A stretch of DNA of 64,000 nt, taken from positions 29,388,001 through 29,452,000 of the forward strand of contig NC_135760.1 in assembly GCF_052425735.1 (NCBI RefSeq), written 5' to 3'. The notes under the pieces are model-generated. The model made no database searches. It worked only from the letters and a program-made list of their open reading frames with translations, and was not told where the DNA came from. Of the stretch, positions 1 to 13,876 are shown piece by piece (position 1 is the first letter of the stretch; every line of letters begins with the position of its first letter). This stretch comes from Oculina patagonica (Eukaryota). The translations under genes and the position numbers were made by a program.

Positions 1-183
1 AGCAATTTTATTCTCGAGGAATCATTCAAGCGACAAGCTCATTATTTTTCTCGACTCGAGACTCGATCCTCGAGCCTCAAGACTCGAAACTCGAAATTTT
101 CGAGTTTCGAGGATCGAGTCTCGAGGCTCGAGTCTCGAGGATCGAGGCTCGAGGGACTGTCAACTAACATTTGAGCGGTACTG
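1..183. mobile_element. Right end of a non-autonomous DNA transposon (TA target) with CTCGAG-rich subterminal repeats
   Basis: Clustered ctcgag/tcgag repeats at 13-153 end in ...gagcggtactg followed by TA. The element interrupts a sequence whose uninterrupted inverted copy lies at ~3688-3870. Confidence 0.5.
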
Positions 184-707
184 TAAGATTAGCAGAATGA
201 GGCAAATATTTGTCTGAGCGAAATGTTAATATAAACTGAATAAAAACCAGTCGAGCATTCATAAACATTTTGAAATTCGCTTACCTCAGTGTCCTCATTC
301 AACAATCCTTCGTGATGTTTGGCTGCGTTTTGTTCATTGCGCTGTAATTTTTGCCATATCCTTAACACCAGTCAAATTTGATACTGTAAGAAATCCACCT
401 TATCCGACAATGTTTCATAACAGAGCACTGTTCGCTGTTGCATGGCAGAACAACATCTCGCTGTAAACATCATGACAATATTGACAGTTTTCACGGTCCA
501 ATTGCTAAATGTCACGCAACACGATAGCCGTGACTAGGTTAGGAGAATTTGACGCTGAAATAGGCCGAAAAATTTTGAAAAACGTACACAGAGTGTGACG
601 TTTGTTCTTTCCTATAAACTGCTAAAGTTTGGCACCCTAAACGTCCTTTTTAAAAATAACTTGGAAACATAACTTCTTATTACCCTAATATCGGGGTACA
701 TTGAACA

Positions 708-1634
708 TTAGGGACGGATCATTAGAAATAGCCGGAAGGGGGTGACTTTTACCACAAAATTCCTGCAAGTGAAACTTGTCAGAAAAAAATCCTGTACGTG
801 GTTGTGACTGAAAAAAATTTGTGCAATGGAATAGGCTCCTTTCGATATATTAAAATTCATCCTGGTAGCGAGGCCTAGAGGACACAAACAAGAGAAGTTT
901 CAAAAGCATGTTTATTCATTTCTTTTGTTTGTCTCCTCTAGGCCTCGCTATTAAGCTGAATTTTAATATATCGAAAGGAGCCTATTACCTGTAAGTGTTG
1001 TATAATGGCATATATGAACCGCCCATCAGAATGCCTAATAAAATAGCGTTTTGAGGTTCTTTTCCCGGGGATCATGCCCCCCTAGTTTGAGAAATACCAA
1101 GCAAACAGCATCAGCTCAATACTATCAACTATTTGGTTGCAAACACACTTTACCCACACTAACAATTGCCGGCCTCCCATCAGTAAACAGTAAATCAAAA
1201 GCACAAACAGTATTATCATCACTTTAAACTGAAATTTTGTCTGATAAAATTATTCATCTTTTTTGCAGGGAGACCAGGGTTTACATTTCTAATAAGGGGG
1301 GTGGGGGGTTATATTAAACAGGCACTACCTATCCAATCACTTCAGCTCCCCTATAGAAAAATGAACGGTCCTTGAATCAGTGTCGCTCAATTCAAGGAAC
1401 AAATCTGCGGAAATGTAACAATGAGATGCTATTTATTAATGATAATTGTTGCATGAATCTTAGATGCGTTACCAAAAAAATGTATCTTTGGGCGAAAAAA
1501 TATTCATGCAAAGCTTCAGCGCCAGAAAAAAGTTCCTGTAGATAAGTAGGCCTTCAAATAAGAAAAAAAAAGATTCTGCACAGAAAATGTTTTATCTCCC
1601 CCCCTCCTGTTATTTTTTAATGGTCCGCCCCTTA
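708..1634. mobile_element. Non-autonomous TIR element with a nested MITE
   Basis: Imperfect inverted ends ttagggacggatcattaga / ttttaatggtccgcccctta. Confidence 0.5.
830..986. mobile_element. Palindromic MITE (AATAGG...CCTATT family), copy 1
   Basis: aataggctcctttcgatatattaaaattca ... tgaattttaatatatcgaaaggagcctatt; related copy at 4761-4919. Confidence 0.75.
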
Positions 1635-4600
1635 TAAAATATTGTATCATAAAAAAAAAGGGAATAAGAAAGATTGTTGATTTTATTGTTGTCGTTTCTT
1701 TATACCAAAAGAGACACGAAAATTTACTGATCCCGCATGACTAATTATTTGCTAAGGAAAAGCTTTGTAGTGATGTGGCATGAATTTTCTGTACGGGGAG
1801 AACGTTCAAAATCTCACGCTAAAATTTCTTCCACGATTTTTGTCTTTTTCTCCAGTTTTCTGCCTAATCTCGGCTTTAAGCGCTCAGGCTTATGGCTTGG
1901 ATTATACTAGTTACAGTTCCAAAACAATAAGCTTGCGAGAATCTTCTCCGTTCTTTGAATTTTCCAATTCTTACACACTTGACCATTTCTAAAGATAACC
2001 GATTCCAATCCTTAAATGTGCAGCTTTGAATGCAAGGCGTAACGCGGGACGATAAAATAAGAAGAGAATAAATAACTGATACTTCTCAGACTGTACAAAA
2101 ACCCGTTTTTGTCAATTCCGAAACAGACCGTACTCAAAAAATGCTTGCTACTGCTGCACAAAAGCATCCTGCCTTGCGAATAGAATAAAAGGTTCTCTTG
2201 GTTCTCCGGTCGAAAATAACTCGTTTTCTTTTAGAATTCAGTGAGGGTTTCGGTAAGTTGAAAACCAAATTCGCTTGTTAGTTTACCAATAACTGCAGTT
2301 CAGTTTTTTTTCCAAAAGCAAAACGTTTGGAAAAGACAGAAATATGCAAGATGCTACATGTCGGCGCGACAAAAAGTCGCCGGTTGTCTTTGATTAATCT
2401 TGAAGGTTTTACACGAAAACATCAATACCTCCGTTTCTTAACGAAAATGACAATCACGAGATCAAAACATGGATTTTATCTGTAAATGTTTTTAAGACAA
2501 TTATCCACCGAGGCCATGGCCTCGGGGACTATAATTTAAAATTCCGTCAAAGCGCAAACAAAATTAATTAGACGATAAAACAAACACGATTCTGAGTGTC
2601 ACGCAAACTGAACAGACAAAAATAGTGCTACACGGGCAAATACGGTTACGTTCAGATAGGTTTATGGCCTAATTGCCTAAACTTTAACTGGGGCTACATG
2701 TAACTATACTGCGCTTTGTAAGAAAAAAATTAAAATAAAGTTAAAATAAGGGGTTATTGAATCTTCATCGTGTTTACTGTCGTGCATGTAAGTCCATGCC
2801 AAAATATTTTTCACGGTTTCTACTGACTCAAGTACTCTTATTTATTATTAAATTTTCACGTATGGACTAATACGAAAATTTGGATTCGTGCATTTTAACA
2901 GTGAACAGTAGAGATTTGAATATTGTTAAAAATATATAAACCTCATCATGATAAAGTTGGCGTCACGGGCACGCATGGACCCCACCCTTTGCTCGGGTCC
3001 TTGGCTTACCTCACGAGGTAGGATCCTCGGTCTTGAATCTGGTTTATCTTTGACTAAAAAAAGGCACATGCCATTCTCAACTTAAAACAATTTGCAATGT
3101 AGCCAGTTCATTTTCTTGTTGGTACAACTTAAAGAAAACGAATTCTAAAAACTTTTTATTCTTTTAATGAATTTATATAAAAGCCTGAATCAACCACATA
3201 TTGATTACTGTAACGCCTGACTGTGACGTTGATTGGGATAACTGCGGCATCGTTTTTTCCGAAATGCTGCAGACGCTCCAAACAGCTCGTATTATTATGT
3301 GAGGGTGCATAATCAGTCGAGCCGTAATCCCCCCCCCCCCCCACCTCAAAAAAAATAATAAAAAGAGAGATATAGGGAATCCGTTCTATAAGTCAAATTT
3401 AGAGAGAGTCAAGGGGACTTTTTTGTCGGCCGAACAAAGGAACTACTTGATGAAACATGTTGTTACTAGAGGGAGTCTGGTAAAAAAAAAAAGACGAAAA
3501 ATAGTTGACATAATTCAGTCACAGTTTGTATTCGTATTGCGTGACAGATACCACTGGACCGTGAAGACTGCTAACATGTCAACAACGAACTGTAACAGTA
3601 TTTGTTTATGGCCTGCACTGAACAGTGCTTTAAAAGGAAGTATTGCTGGCTGTGGTGGATTTATTTAAATACTAAGCTTCAATTGCATTAAGGATATAGC
3701 AAAATTTACCACACAACGAACAAAACGCAGCCAAACATCACGAAGGATTGTTGAATGAGGACATTGAGGTAAGCGAATTTCAAAATGTTTACGAATGCTC
3801 GACTGGTTTTTATTCAGTTTATCTCAACATTTCGCTCAGACAAATATTTGCCTCATTCTTCTTATCTTACGTCGCCCAAAAACGCGAAGGGGGATTTGTA
3901 TTGTCAAATTCTTTGCGAATGCAAAGGTGGAAATCTTCCGAGTGTTGACCTAATTTGCATATTTGATCATGGCGGATAGTGTAATTTCGCTAACTTCGGG
4001 CATGCTCTAATTTACTGCTTTAAAAGATCCTAAAAAAACTAAACGGTAAAAAACTAAAACCATCTTTACACTTGCCAAAGAAGGTTTTTCTTTTGAGATT
4101 TATTGCGTACCACATGCATTTTTTGGCGAGTTTGTTTGATGTCCCAACGAACACTCTTCAGAGAGGATTTAGGTACACTTATTTAAAAAAATATATTAAA
4201 TTTGTGAGCAGAGATAATGGACCGCTTTCACTGTCATTCAATTACAGAAGCATCAATCAAACTGAACCTGTGTGGAAATCATTTCAAACTGTCGCCTGGC
4301 TGACTTGACAATGCCACAAATTGTGTCAATTTGCGAAAATGTTTTGAAGAAAATACTGCAAATTATTTTAATCTTTTTTCTCTTAAACAAGTGAATATTA
4401 CAGTAAATGAATATCCTTGGCATGTGTATTGGACTTGGGTCTACCAATATACAAAGTATGGGCGAAATCATATTTGGGCTCTATGACCGAGTTTTTGACG
4501 ATCATCTATGATTTTTACTGGCTTTAACACTTAACCGCTGACCACCAGGACAGCTGACTACACACTCATTGTTGTACGGGAGATCGGAGAATTCTCCTTC

Positions 4601-4760
4601 TACTATGTAGAATTCTCCGGCTAAATTTCAAAGGCCTCTACCTATTTTTTTATTAAGATGCGGAACCTTTAAAAATCGTTCTCTGGTAACTTAACACTAT
4701 TTGCCTGCTATTGCAATTCTTAATGAAAACCCTGGGCACTTTCTGTTGATACTTCTTTAT

Positions 4761-4919
4761 AATAGGCTTCTTTCGATATATTAAAACTCAGCTTGGTAGC
4801 GAGGCCTAGAGGACACAAACAAAAGAAATTAATAAACATGCTTGTAAAATTTCTTTTGTTTGTGTCCTTTAGGCCTCGCTACCAACTGCTGAATTTCAAT
4901 ATATCGAAAGAAGCCTATT
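4761..4919. mobile_element. Palindromic MITE (AATAGG...CCTATT family), copy 2
   Basis: Same termini and internal gcgaggcctagaggacacaaac as 830-986. Confidence 0.75.
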
Positions 4920-4979
4920 GTGTGTAGATAATAAATGCTCTACTAGCTTTTTGCATTTCTTTTCTTTATTCTTCCACAG

Positions 4980-7900
4980 GATCAGTTTTATACCAAGCTC
5001 AACAAGCTGGCCCTGTTCTTGCACCAAGTGCCCAGGAAATGGTGTCACCTCCTGTTCCACCGCCTCCATTTCAACAACCAGAACCTTTTGTTCCCCCTGA
5101 GGAGCTGGAAATTCCCCCAGAAATGGAGATTGTAAGTATTAGGGGTTGGCATCAGCAACTTGTCATTTAAATGTCGTCAATTTTATATAAATTAATTGTT
5201 GCTGTCTACTAATGTGTGTTGATGTTTATTTCAGAAGTTAGTATAATGCATTTAGTTTTATTAGGGGAACTACCACAGTTTTCTGTTTTGCTTTCGTTTT
5301 CTTGTTAGTAAAAAAACTGAGATTAAATTACAGAAAATGTACATGTTCAATGTTTTTCCCTAAATGTATTTGTCATTTTCGAAAGAGATTGAAAGTTTAG
5401 TATATTTTGATGAAAACATACTGTGGTAAAAGAATAAACTAAAACCTTATTACACCCGCTTTCAGTGTTACTTGCATAGCGGCTTATTGACATCCATCTT
5501 TCAAAATTTGAATTTCGAAATCCGCCAATCACAGCCCACATGCATGACCTTCTGAACTTGTGAGCTTATTTACATGAAACCAACACCAGTATGTATCAGT
5601 ATTGATTGGCCCACTTCAAACAGGACGTTGAAAGAGAGAAAGATGGTGTAGAAAGATAGCTGTAATCGTCATAAAAACAATGGTTTACAATCTTGAACCA
5701 TTGTATAAGAATTACATGTAAAAGAGAACATCACACAGTGATTTGAATAGAGTTTAGCACCAAAAGATATTACACTATGTGAACACTTTCTTCAAAGAAA
5801 ACTTTCAAAACTGCACCAATAAAATATACAGAAATGATGGAATTGAAATGTCTGTGAGTGCTAACCAAATCAAGAAAACAATTTCTTTAAGGAAATTCTT
5901 GTTTCAACAATACTCTGGTAAAACTTCAGGAATCTAAGCAACACTTGTTGTTGCCCAGTTAAGTCTTAATATTTGGATGCGTACATAGCTATACTAACTT
6001 GTCAAGACAGTCTCTTTCTTCAGTAGGAAATCCACTACATACAGTAAGAGGTGCTCATGAGTGGCAGAGACTTCAAATGCAAATGTAATCACATGGACAA
6101 GTGTTTCATTCAGTTTACAATATCTTACAGCTGTGCAATGGTGTGCTCCTTTTAAAACTACAAGCTCACTAGCTGTTATTTCTTTTCTTACTGTCTGTTC
6201 TAAACTGTAGTATCAGTGGTAAATGGCTACATTTTTTGTACAGCTGTAATGATTATTTTTCAATAAGTGAGTCATTTTTTCCATAATTCAGCATTGTCAA
6301 GTTTTCTTATACCTGGAAAGGCCTTTCCTTTGAGTGGACAAGTTGGGTCTACATGTAAATTCATTGTAATGCAAACTAGTACCTGACATTGGTTAAATGT
6401 AATTAAACTGTTTGAGTTGAGATTAAATATTAACAAGCAAAAATGATACATTGTTTATTTTTCACTAAAAGTAAAGGCCTTCTCAGGCATTTAAAATACT
6501 GAGGGATAACTTCTGTTGCAGAAAATATGTGCATGTGGAGCACACGTTTTAAAGAAAGCTGGATGGTCAGAAATGTTAACACAGTCTAAGCTTTCTTTTT
6601 ATTGTGAACTCACATACATGTACTTTTTCTTTCTGGGAATCAGGGTATTTGTTTTAACACTTTTATTACAGACAAACTTGTATTTCTGACTTGCATTCCT
6701 TGTTTTCTCTTCAAACATTTTATACATTATTTTCATACATTCATGACTGTTCAGTAACAAGAATTGAATACTGTATGTACATGAATCTCTTGAAATTAGA
6801 AGAGAAGGCAAATGCAAGTTTGACATGTGGCTGTGTCGTGATCATTAAAGAAGGAGAGTGGTGGACTGGTAATAATGTTATTTCTTCTTCTTTTTCATGT
6901 AGCCTGAGACAGCCAAGATGCAAGCTATCATGGAAAGGACTGCTGTGTTTGTTGCTAAGCAAGGCAAACAAATGGAAATCTTGGTCAAGGCCAAGCAATC
7001 AGGAAATCCTCAATTTGACTTTTTGCTCATCGACAATTGGTTAAACCCTTACTACAAGCATGTCCTGAAATATATAACAGAGGGGAAATATACTCCTGTA
7101 ATACCAAAACAACCATCACCCAAACCCCAGGAAGAAGCAGAACAGAGTGAAAGTGAGGATGAGTCTGATGGAGAGTATGAACTGCATCCATTGCTGCAAG
7201 CGTCACTTCATAAGAAGGTGTCAAGGTCGCAGCCATCATCAGCATCATCATCTCCAGTACCAGATCCTCTTGGTAACAAGTTTAATCGAACTTTTGCTCT
7301 AGTAACAGGATCTTCATCATCAGACACTGCCCCACAGGACAGTGGTCACCATTCACATTATGGCGAGGTGGATGAGGCATTTGATTACAGCATGTGGTAT
7401 CCACAAGGTATGCATGACTTCTTACTCTCAGACAGGACAAAAACCTTGATGAGTTTGTGAGTTAGAGTAAGGTTCAAAAATGTTTTTTTTTTTCCTTTTT
7501 GAATACACATACTTGATGTGTCTCCCAAAAGACTTTCCATGAACATGATTTCAGTTCCTAACAGCTGTGAGTTACTAGGACATGTACATAATTATAATTA
7601 TGTCAAACCAGTTGGCATAAATTTTTGGAAGTTTTCAATATAATCTCAATGTCTGTCCAGTTTTAAGGGAAATGAAGCAACTCAGAGCAAGTATTAGTGA
7701 AAATATTTATACATGTAAAATTGTTGATTGTAAGTACTTTGGACGACTGAAGCTTGTAGTCTAGTTGTTAATATCATTGAACCTCAATTACCTGGAGTCA
7801 AAAACAGGCTGGGTAATACTATTGAGAGTCTGGAATATTAAAAATTGTCCTTTTGTCAAGTTCTGAAGTTTACTACACCCAACGGTATTTGAGATTTTAA

Positions 7901-10900
7901 TTTATTTAGTATAATCTATAAATAAAATATTTTCATATTATTTTCATATCATTTCAGATGATATGTATGGGCACTATGTGTCTTCTGCTGGTTACACTTA
8001 CCACCCCCCTATGGCACCGATTCTGTCAGTAGCTGATATGATTCCACCTCCTCCCCCTCCACCAGGAGAAGGACCCTTGGAAGGTGTGTTACAGTGTATC
8101 CTAGCTATTTTAATAATGAACCCATGCAATAACAAACACAACACCCTTCTATTTTCACTTTAACCACTGAATAATGTAAGAGCTAACATACAATTTGAGA
8201 GTGGTGGCTGTTATTCACTAGGTTTTTCTGTCTTCTTAATCATATAACTTTTTTTCTCCCCTGCGCTGCGGGTTCCCGCACTTCGCCCCCNNNNNNNNNN
8301 NNNNNNNNNNNNNNNNNNNNNNNNNNNNNNNNNNNNNNNNNNNNNNNNNNNNNNNNNNNNNNNNNNNNNNNNNNNNNNNNNNNNNNNNNNNNNNNNNNNN
8401 NNNNNNNNNNNNNNNNNNNNNNNNNNNNNNNNNNNNNNNNNNNNNNNNNNNNNNNNNNNNNNNNNNNNNNNNNNNNNNNNNNNNNNNNNNNNNNNNNNNN
8501 NNNNNNNNNNNNNNNNNNNNNNNNNNNNNNNNNNNNNNCCCCTATAATGAGAGTTGACTGTACTGTCAATGATTTAATGTAATGTTCATTGTGTTTTGAC
8601 AAATCACATGCAGGATCTAAAGACGACAAAACCAGACAAGGAATAGTTTTCCATTGGTCATGGGACAACTTTGGCTCACTTCAAAATGTACCCTCAATCG
8701 TATCTTGCATGTCTTTAATTTTATGTCAAGTTGAATTCCTGTAAGATAAGATAAAGGGAACATTCTGTAATAAAATAAGAACCACAGCTGTTCTGTGACC
8801 TGGTGAAAACAATTATTCATTGTCTGTGGTATTCGGTGGTCTCGAGATCTCATTGCACTTTGTGTAGGTGGTTTTCACAACACAGTGAATGTTCCTGACA
8901 TACATGTGTTTAAAGCATTTAATATGTTTGTATAACTTTGACAGTAAATGTAACTTGCACTATTTTGTAATAACTTTTAATCATTGAAAATAACATTTTT
9001 ACCTTTTTAGCGAATATTATGATCATTGTAAAACATTTAAACTTATGTAATTTTTTATTGTTTGCAGAAGAGTGGTTGGATTCCACAGCATCAATGCCCC
9101 CTTTGCCGCCCCCTCCCCCTCCACCTGTTCCCCCAGTTATGTTCCTTCCCAGCAGTGCTGACTCACCAGTGCCAGTGCCACCAGTGCCGCCAGGAATGTC
9201 TACAATGGCTCCTGTCCCAGATCAAATCATACCACCACCTCCTGACCTTCAACCCATTGTGGATAAGCTGGCAAATTATGTAGCCAAAAATGGTCCCGAC
9301 TTTGAATCAATTATCAAAGCTAAGAATGATCCTCGTTTTGACTTCTTGAACCCATGGAACACCCATTACAGTTATTATCAACTCAAGAAACAACAGGCAG
9401 TGGAAGCTGTTCCACAACAGGCACTTACAGGTACAATGTCAGAAAATTTGAATTCAAACCCTAAAGGAGACCAGTGTGGGTGTAGACCCCTAAAAGATAC
9501 TATTTTTCATGCCTGATTGGTCTAGACTGTAGTATGGCTACTTTTTTTAATTGATGGCTGAAAATATTGGCAGTTTATACCAAACACACTACGAGAGACA
9601 AAAATCTGTAATTTACACCCCAAAGTGAAACAAAAGGTATCCACATCCCTTTTATATGTTTAATATACGTGCAGTGCTGGCACTCTTCTCATCATTAATC
9701 TAGAGTAGTAGGTGTTTCTCAGTCAATGATCTGCTGTTTGCTTTCAGAAAATGTCAAAAGTCAACAGGATGAAGTGTCCAAAGGGCCAATAAGTTTCTCA
9801 ATAAAGGCCAAGGATACAAAGAAACCCAAAATTGAATACCGGACAAGTGTTATATACAAACAGAGTTACGAGCAAGGGCAGAGTGACGAGGATGCTGACG
9901 AAGCAGATGCTGATGAAGCTGAGGACAAGGACACATCTGATGTGAATGGAGGAAATCTGAGCACAAACAAACAGGAGTCTGTAAATAGTAGTCAAGAAAT
10001 GAGTGAGAAGTCAGCAGATGACTTAAACGAGCAGATGGACTCAATCAAGGCTGCTGAGAGAATTGGTATGTACTGTACATGTGGCTTTTTTTCATTACAA
10101 TTGCATTTTTGTCAAAGTTGGTTTATGCTTAGCATGCAATTGCATCCATTTATTTTTGAATGTGTTAAGCAATGTGGAGAGCATAAAGAAACATTAGGGT
10201 TGCATAAGTATATGCTAGCAGATTAGACTCTATACTGGCTAAGATTTGTAGAAAGATTTGGTCACACATTTTCTCCTAAAAGGGTGTATTTTTATTATTC
10301 TTTCTACAGCCCGTCATTTGGAATCAGAGTCCAAAGACAAACAGCTTCAGCTGGAGAGAAGAAGGAAAGCATCGCTTTTCATCAGCATGCTGAAGAAGAC
10401 CAACCCAGGAGAGGAAACTGAAGCAAATGAGTATGATTTCCTTACCAGCTGATTGTTTTCATAAAAACTCATGCATGCATCCATGATCATGCATGATTAT
10501 GCATTCCTCATGTATAAATAGAACTATTCCCTGTAAGAGGCCAGCTGTTATTGATTTCATACTTGTACATGTAGCTCAGTGGTAAAGCATTTGCACCAGC
10601 ATTGCAAGGGCCATGGATTTGAAACTCTTGGAAGGTTGACTATTTTTTCAAGCTTTTATTGCAACTTTTAAAAGCCATGTCACAGTATCTTTGCCCTAAG
10701 GGTCTGTATTACACATTATGTGGGTAGTGTAGGCAAAACTGTGTTTAATCACTGACTCTAAACACACAGCTCTGTACCATGTAATCTATGTAGGTTTAAT
10801 TATTTTTAATACTTGTAGACTGGCCTTCAGAAGTGACTTCCTGTATATAACTTTAATTTTGTAGGCAAAAAGTAGCCTGCCCTTCTCCTTCCCCTTTGAA

Positions 10901-13435
10901 CGCCGGCCACGCAGGCTAGGCAAAAAGCTAAAGAATATTTTCATTACAGGTCTTCTTCTGGGAGTTCTGCACAGGTTAGGAAAACCAGAAAATTCGTGGA
11001 ATCAAAAGGGGATAAACGGTAACTTTGTTGTTTCAGTAGTTCTAAAGATATTTGTAACAGATCAAATGAAAATTTACGTTGGAGAAAGAACTTGTGTTTC
11101 AGGCAAATTACATCACTGGAACAAAGCATTAATGAGCATATATCTGCCATGTGTTTGTGAGCTTGAAGAGATAACTATCAAATAAATGTAATGAACATAT
11201 GCTTTGTTTTCACAAGTTCTTAGTTGCGTACATAACTGTGATGATCTTTTGTGTTTTACATCAGTAACATTAAATTTTGTTGTGAATAATTAAAAGTGCT
11301 GAATCCCTCTTTCAATAATAACAATTGACACAACTGTGACAAGGATAACTATCTGAAATATTTTCTTTCAAAGGAGGTCATTGTTTTAGGGCGTGGCTAT
11401 TGTTAGTAAAAATACTGTTGTTCACTTACCTGTTGCTACTGTATTCACTAGATCCGACTCCCCTGCATTAAAAAGAAGCCGAGTTGACGATGATGAAGCT
11501 GGTGATGAGTCAGTGAGTGGCGGAAGGCTTGGTGTACCATCGCCTGATAGTATCCGTGTTACTCAGGTTAGTGTCTTACAAACACATTACGGGAAAAGTA
11601 TTGGAATAGCAATATTTGATTCAAGGGTGGACAGTTCATAAAGACGAATATAGACGAATGTAACTAAACTGGCATTATTTTTGGCGTAAGGTGTATTGGT
11701 GGTGCCGTGCCCTCAGGAGCCTTCTGTTTAAGATATGCTAACTCCTAGACAATCGTTGAAGACCTGTGATGACTAGATACCGTGTTATAAGACCCTTTTA
11801 ATAAAAGATTATATCTTATATACTTGTCTTATGTATTGGTATCCTTTAGTACATCTTAGCAGTCTGCACATCATCCTCGGAGACCCAGGGGCAGTTAGTG
11901 GGGGCGAAAGAAACGCGAAACTGCGGGCAAAAATAGCGCGAAACTGCGCGCAAAAAAAATTAGCATATATAAAAAGTTGTATTGACTGAAAGTGCCCCTG
12001 GGGAAAGTGTCTTACCAGACCAGTTCAAAAACCTCTCTGAATACTGCCTCCCGATTGGGCAGAAAAATCTTTTGTATTCCCTTTGTATTATTCTGCCCAA
12101 TCGGCGACCAGCCTGACTACAGTCCTTTTGGTGTGTTCCACACGAAATATGTACACAAAGCCAGTTCGCTCGCCATACCTGTCTTGCTTGTTCGCCAAGA
12201 ATTTGCTCGGGAAGGAAAAGTTTCGGCTAGTGCCTCCTCAACTTGGGTGTGAAGTGTCGGGAAAATTTTGTCTTCGGGAAATATGACCGTCATTTGAGTG
12301 CTACAATTGGTGCTGCACGCATTACACGCGCGCGTAGCTAATCGGTCGATCGACGGAAAAATTTTACAAAATGTAAGGTCTTGAAAGTTTGTTTGGAAAT
12401 AGTTTTTGACTTACTAAAATATTTAGCTTGATGTAACTTAAAACACATTGTTATTTTAATTTATTACTATGATATTCGAAGTTATCTTTCTTATTACTAT
12501 CTTTTCTTTAATGTAGATAAGGAATTTCCTTTTTGTAACTTTATTTATTTATTTTTTCTTCTTCATTTTCTTCTTACCTCCCGCCTCAAATAACTAGGCT
12601 AATTGCGGGAGGTGAAAAATATTGTAAATAATATGATTGTTTAAATAAACTTTTTGTTGTTGTTGTAGTTTCGCTTCCAGCTGCGATCGATCTTCTATTA
12701 TCTCACCTATAAAAAACTTAGGAATCGCTGCTGCACGCTTTGCACGCGTAGCTTATCTGCCGGGCTCGTTCGTAAAAAAATTACTCTTGTTTGGAAAAAT
12801 TTCGCGTAAAGCTGTCATTGATCTTCCCAGAAAAAATCTGAAAACACCCATTACAGCAGTGCAATTAGCATATCGCACACAAACTTTTAAAACTCGCAAA
12901 CGATCGACGATCGACCACAATATGAAGAATCTGCCGTTTGTCCGCGTGCATGGCCGTCAAACTTTCGACGTTTTCAACCAGGGGAGGCACTAGCCGAAAC
13001 TTTTCCTTCCCGAGCAAATTCTTGGCGAACAAGCAAGACAGGTATGGCGAGCGAACTGGCTTTGTGTACATATTTCGTGTGGAACACACCAAAAGGACTG
13101 TAGTCAGCCTTGTCGCCGATTGGGCAGAATAATACAAAGGGAATACAAAAGATTTTTCTGCCCAATCGGGAGGCAGTATTCAGAGAGGTTTTTGAACTGG
13201 TCTGGTAAGACACTTTCCCCAGGGGCACTTTCAGTCAATACAACTTTTTATATATGCTATTTTTTTTGCGCGCAGTTTCGCGCTATTTTTGCCCGCAGTT
13301 TCGCGTTTCTTTCGCCCCCACTAACTGCCCCTGGGTCTCCGAGGATGTCTGCACATGTACAGTACATTAGAATAATCCCACCCTTTATTCCAGGATTTAA
13401 CGGCAAAGGTGTTGGCTGCTTCCAGAAATAAGTGA
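4980..13435 (+). CDS. SFSWAP: Splicing factor, suppressor of white-apricot homolog (5'-partial, 8 exons in window)
   Basis: Phase-consistent GT-AG exons 4980-5131, 6903-7407, 7958-8083, 9068-9430, 9748-10065, 10310-10430, 11452-11566, 13394-13435. They encode [52 protein letters not shown] (SURP1), [41 protein letters not shown] (SURP2), [16 protein letters not shown] and C-terminal [16 protein letters not shown]. All match SFSWAP motifs as I recall them. Confidence 0.93.
6903..7407 (+). CDS. SFSWAP: SFSWAP exon with first SURP (SWAP) domain
   Basis: tag|CCT GAG ACA acceptor and CAAG|gtatg donor; ORF track 6918-7460. Confidence 0.92.
8291..8538. other. Assembly gap (N run)
   Basis: 248 Ns flanked by C runs. 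Confidence 1.
9068..9430 (+). CDS. SFSWAP: SFSWAP exon, Pro-rich region and second SURP domain
   Basis: cag|AA GAG acceptor and ACAG|gtacaa donor; ORF track 9019-9516. Confidence 0.92.
10873..10918. mobile_element. 46-bp minimal MITE with 9-bp TSD
   Basis: tagcctgc...gcaggcta inverted ends flanked by direct ggcaaaaag (10864-10872 and 10919-10927). Confidence 0.7.
11872..13347. mobile_element. Non-autonomous Mutator-like (MULE/foldback) element with ~365-bp TIRs
   Basis: Near-identical inverted arms 11872-~12237 and ~12982-13347 (mirror ORFs in the track); 9-bp TSD tctgcacat on both sides. Confidence 0.85.
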
Positions 13436-13876
13436 CAGGATAGCAGACGTTGTGACCAACTGTGATTGGACCACAGCTTCAAATCACGTTACAAGCGTCA
13501 CGTAACTCATCACGTCACGTGGTGGTCTCCACTCGTCCCCAGCCTCTCGGATTAGTCAGGAAAACGGACAACACCATCCACACTTATCACTTCCAACCGA
13601 GCGATGAAAATAGCGAAGGAGTTCAAACCAACTAGGAGTTTTTTTTAATTTTGTGAAAGTTGTTTTTCTTGTAAATATAAAGGAGAAATATTTGTAAAGT
13701 ATTTACGTTCTCCCTACTTTTGTAAATAAACAGAGATACTTGAATTGTTATAGCGGTGTATAGATTAGTGATTATACTGCGGGGCCTGCCTATGCTTCTC
13801 TTTAAATTTTAACGGCGCTACTTGTGCGAAAGTTTATCTTGCATCAGTGAAATAAGTGAGATACCTCAGAGACTTA

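Noticed and set aside
10571-10680. tRNA-like gtagctcagtggtaaagc sequence
   Set aside because: No full cloverleaf; degenerate SINE head.
10950-10974. Possible 25-nt SFSWAP micro-exon (cag|gtcttc...acag|gttagg)
   Set aside because: Inclusion would shift the frame of the next exon. It could be a poison exon, but there is no support without RNA data.
11992-13228. Mirror ORFs MPLGKVSY... and MYYSAQSA...
   Set aside because: Chance frames within the TIRs of a non-autonomous element, with non-ATG starts.
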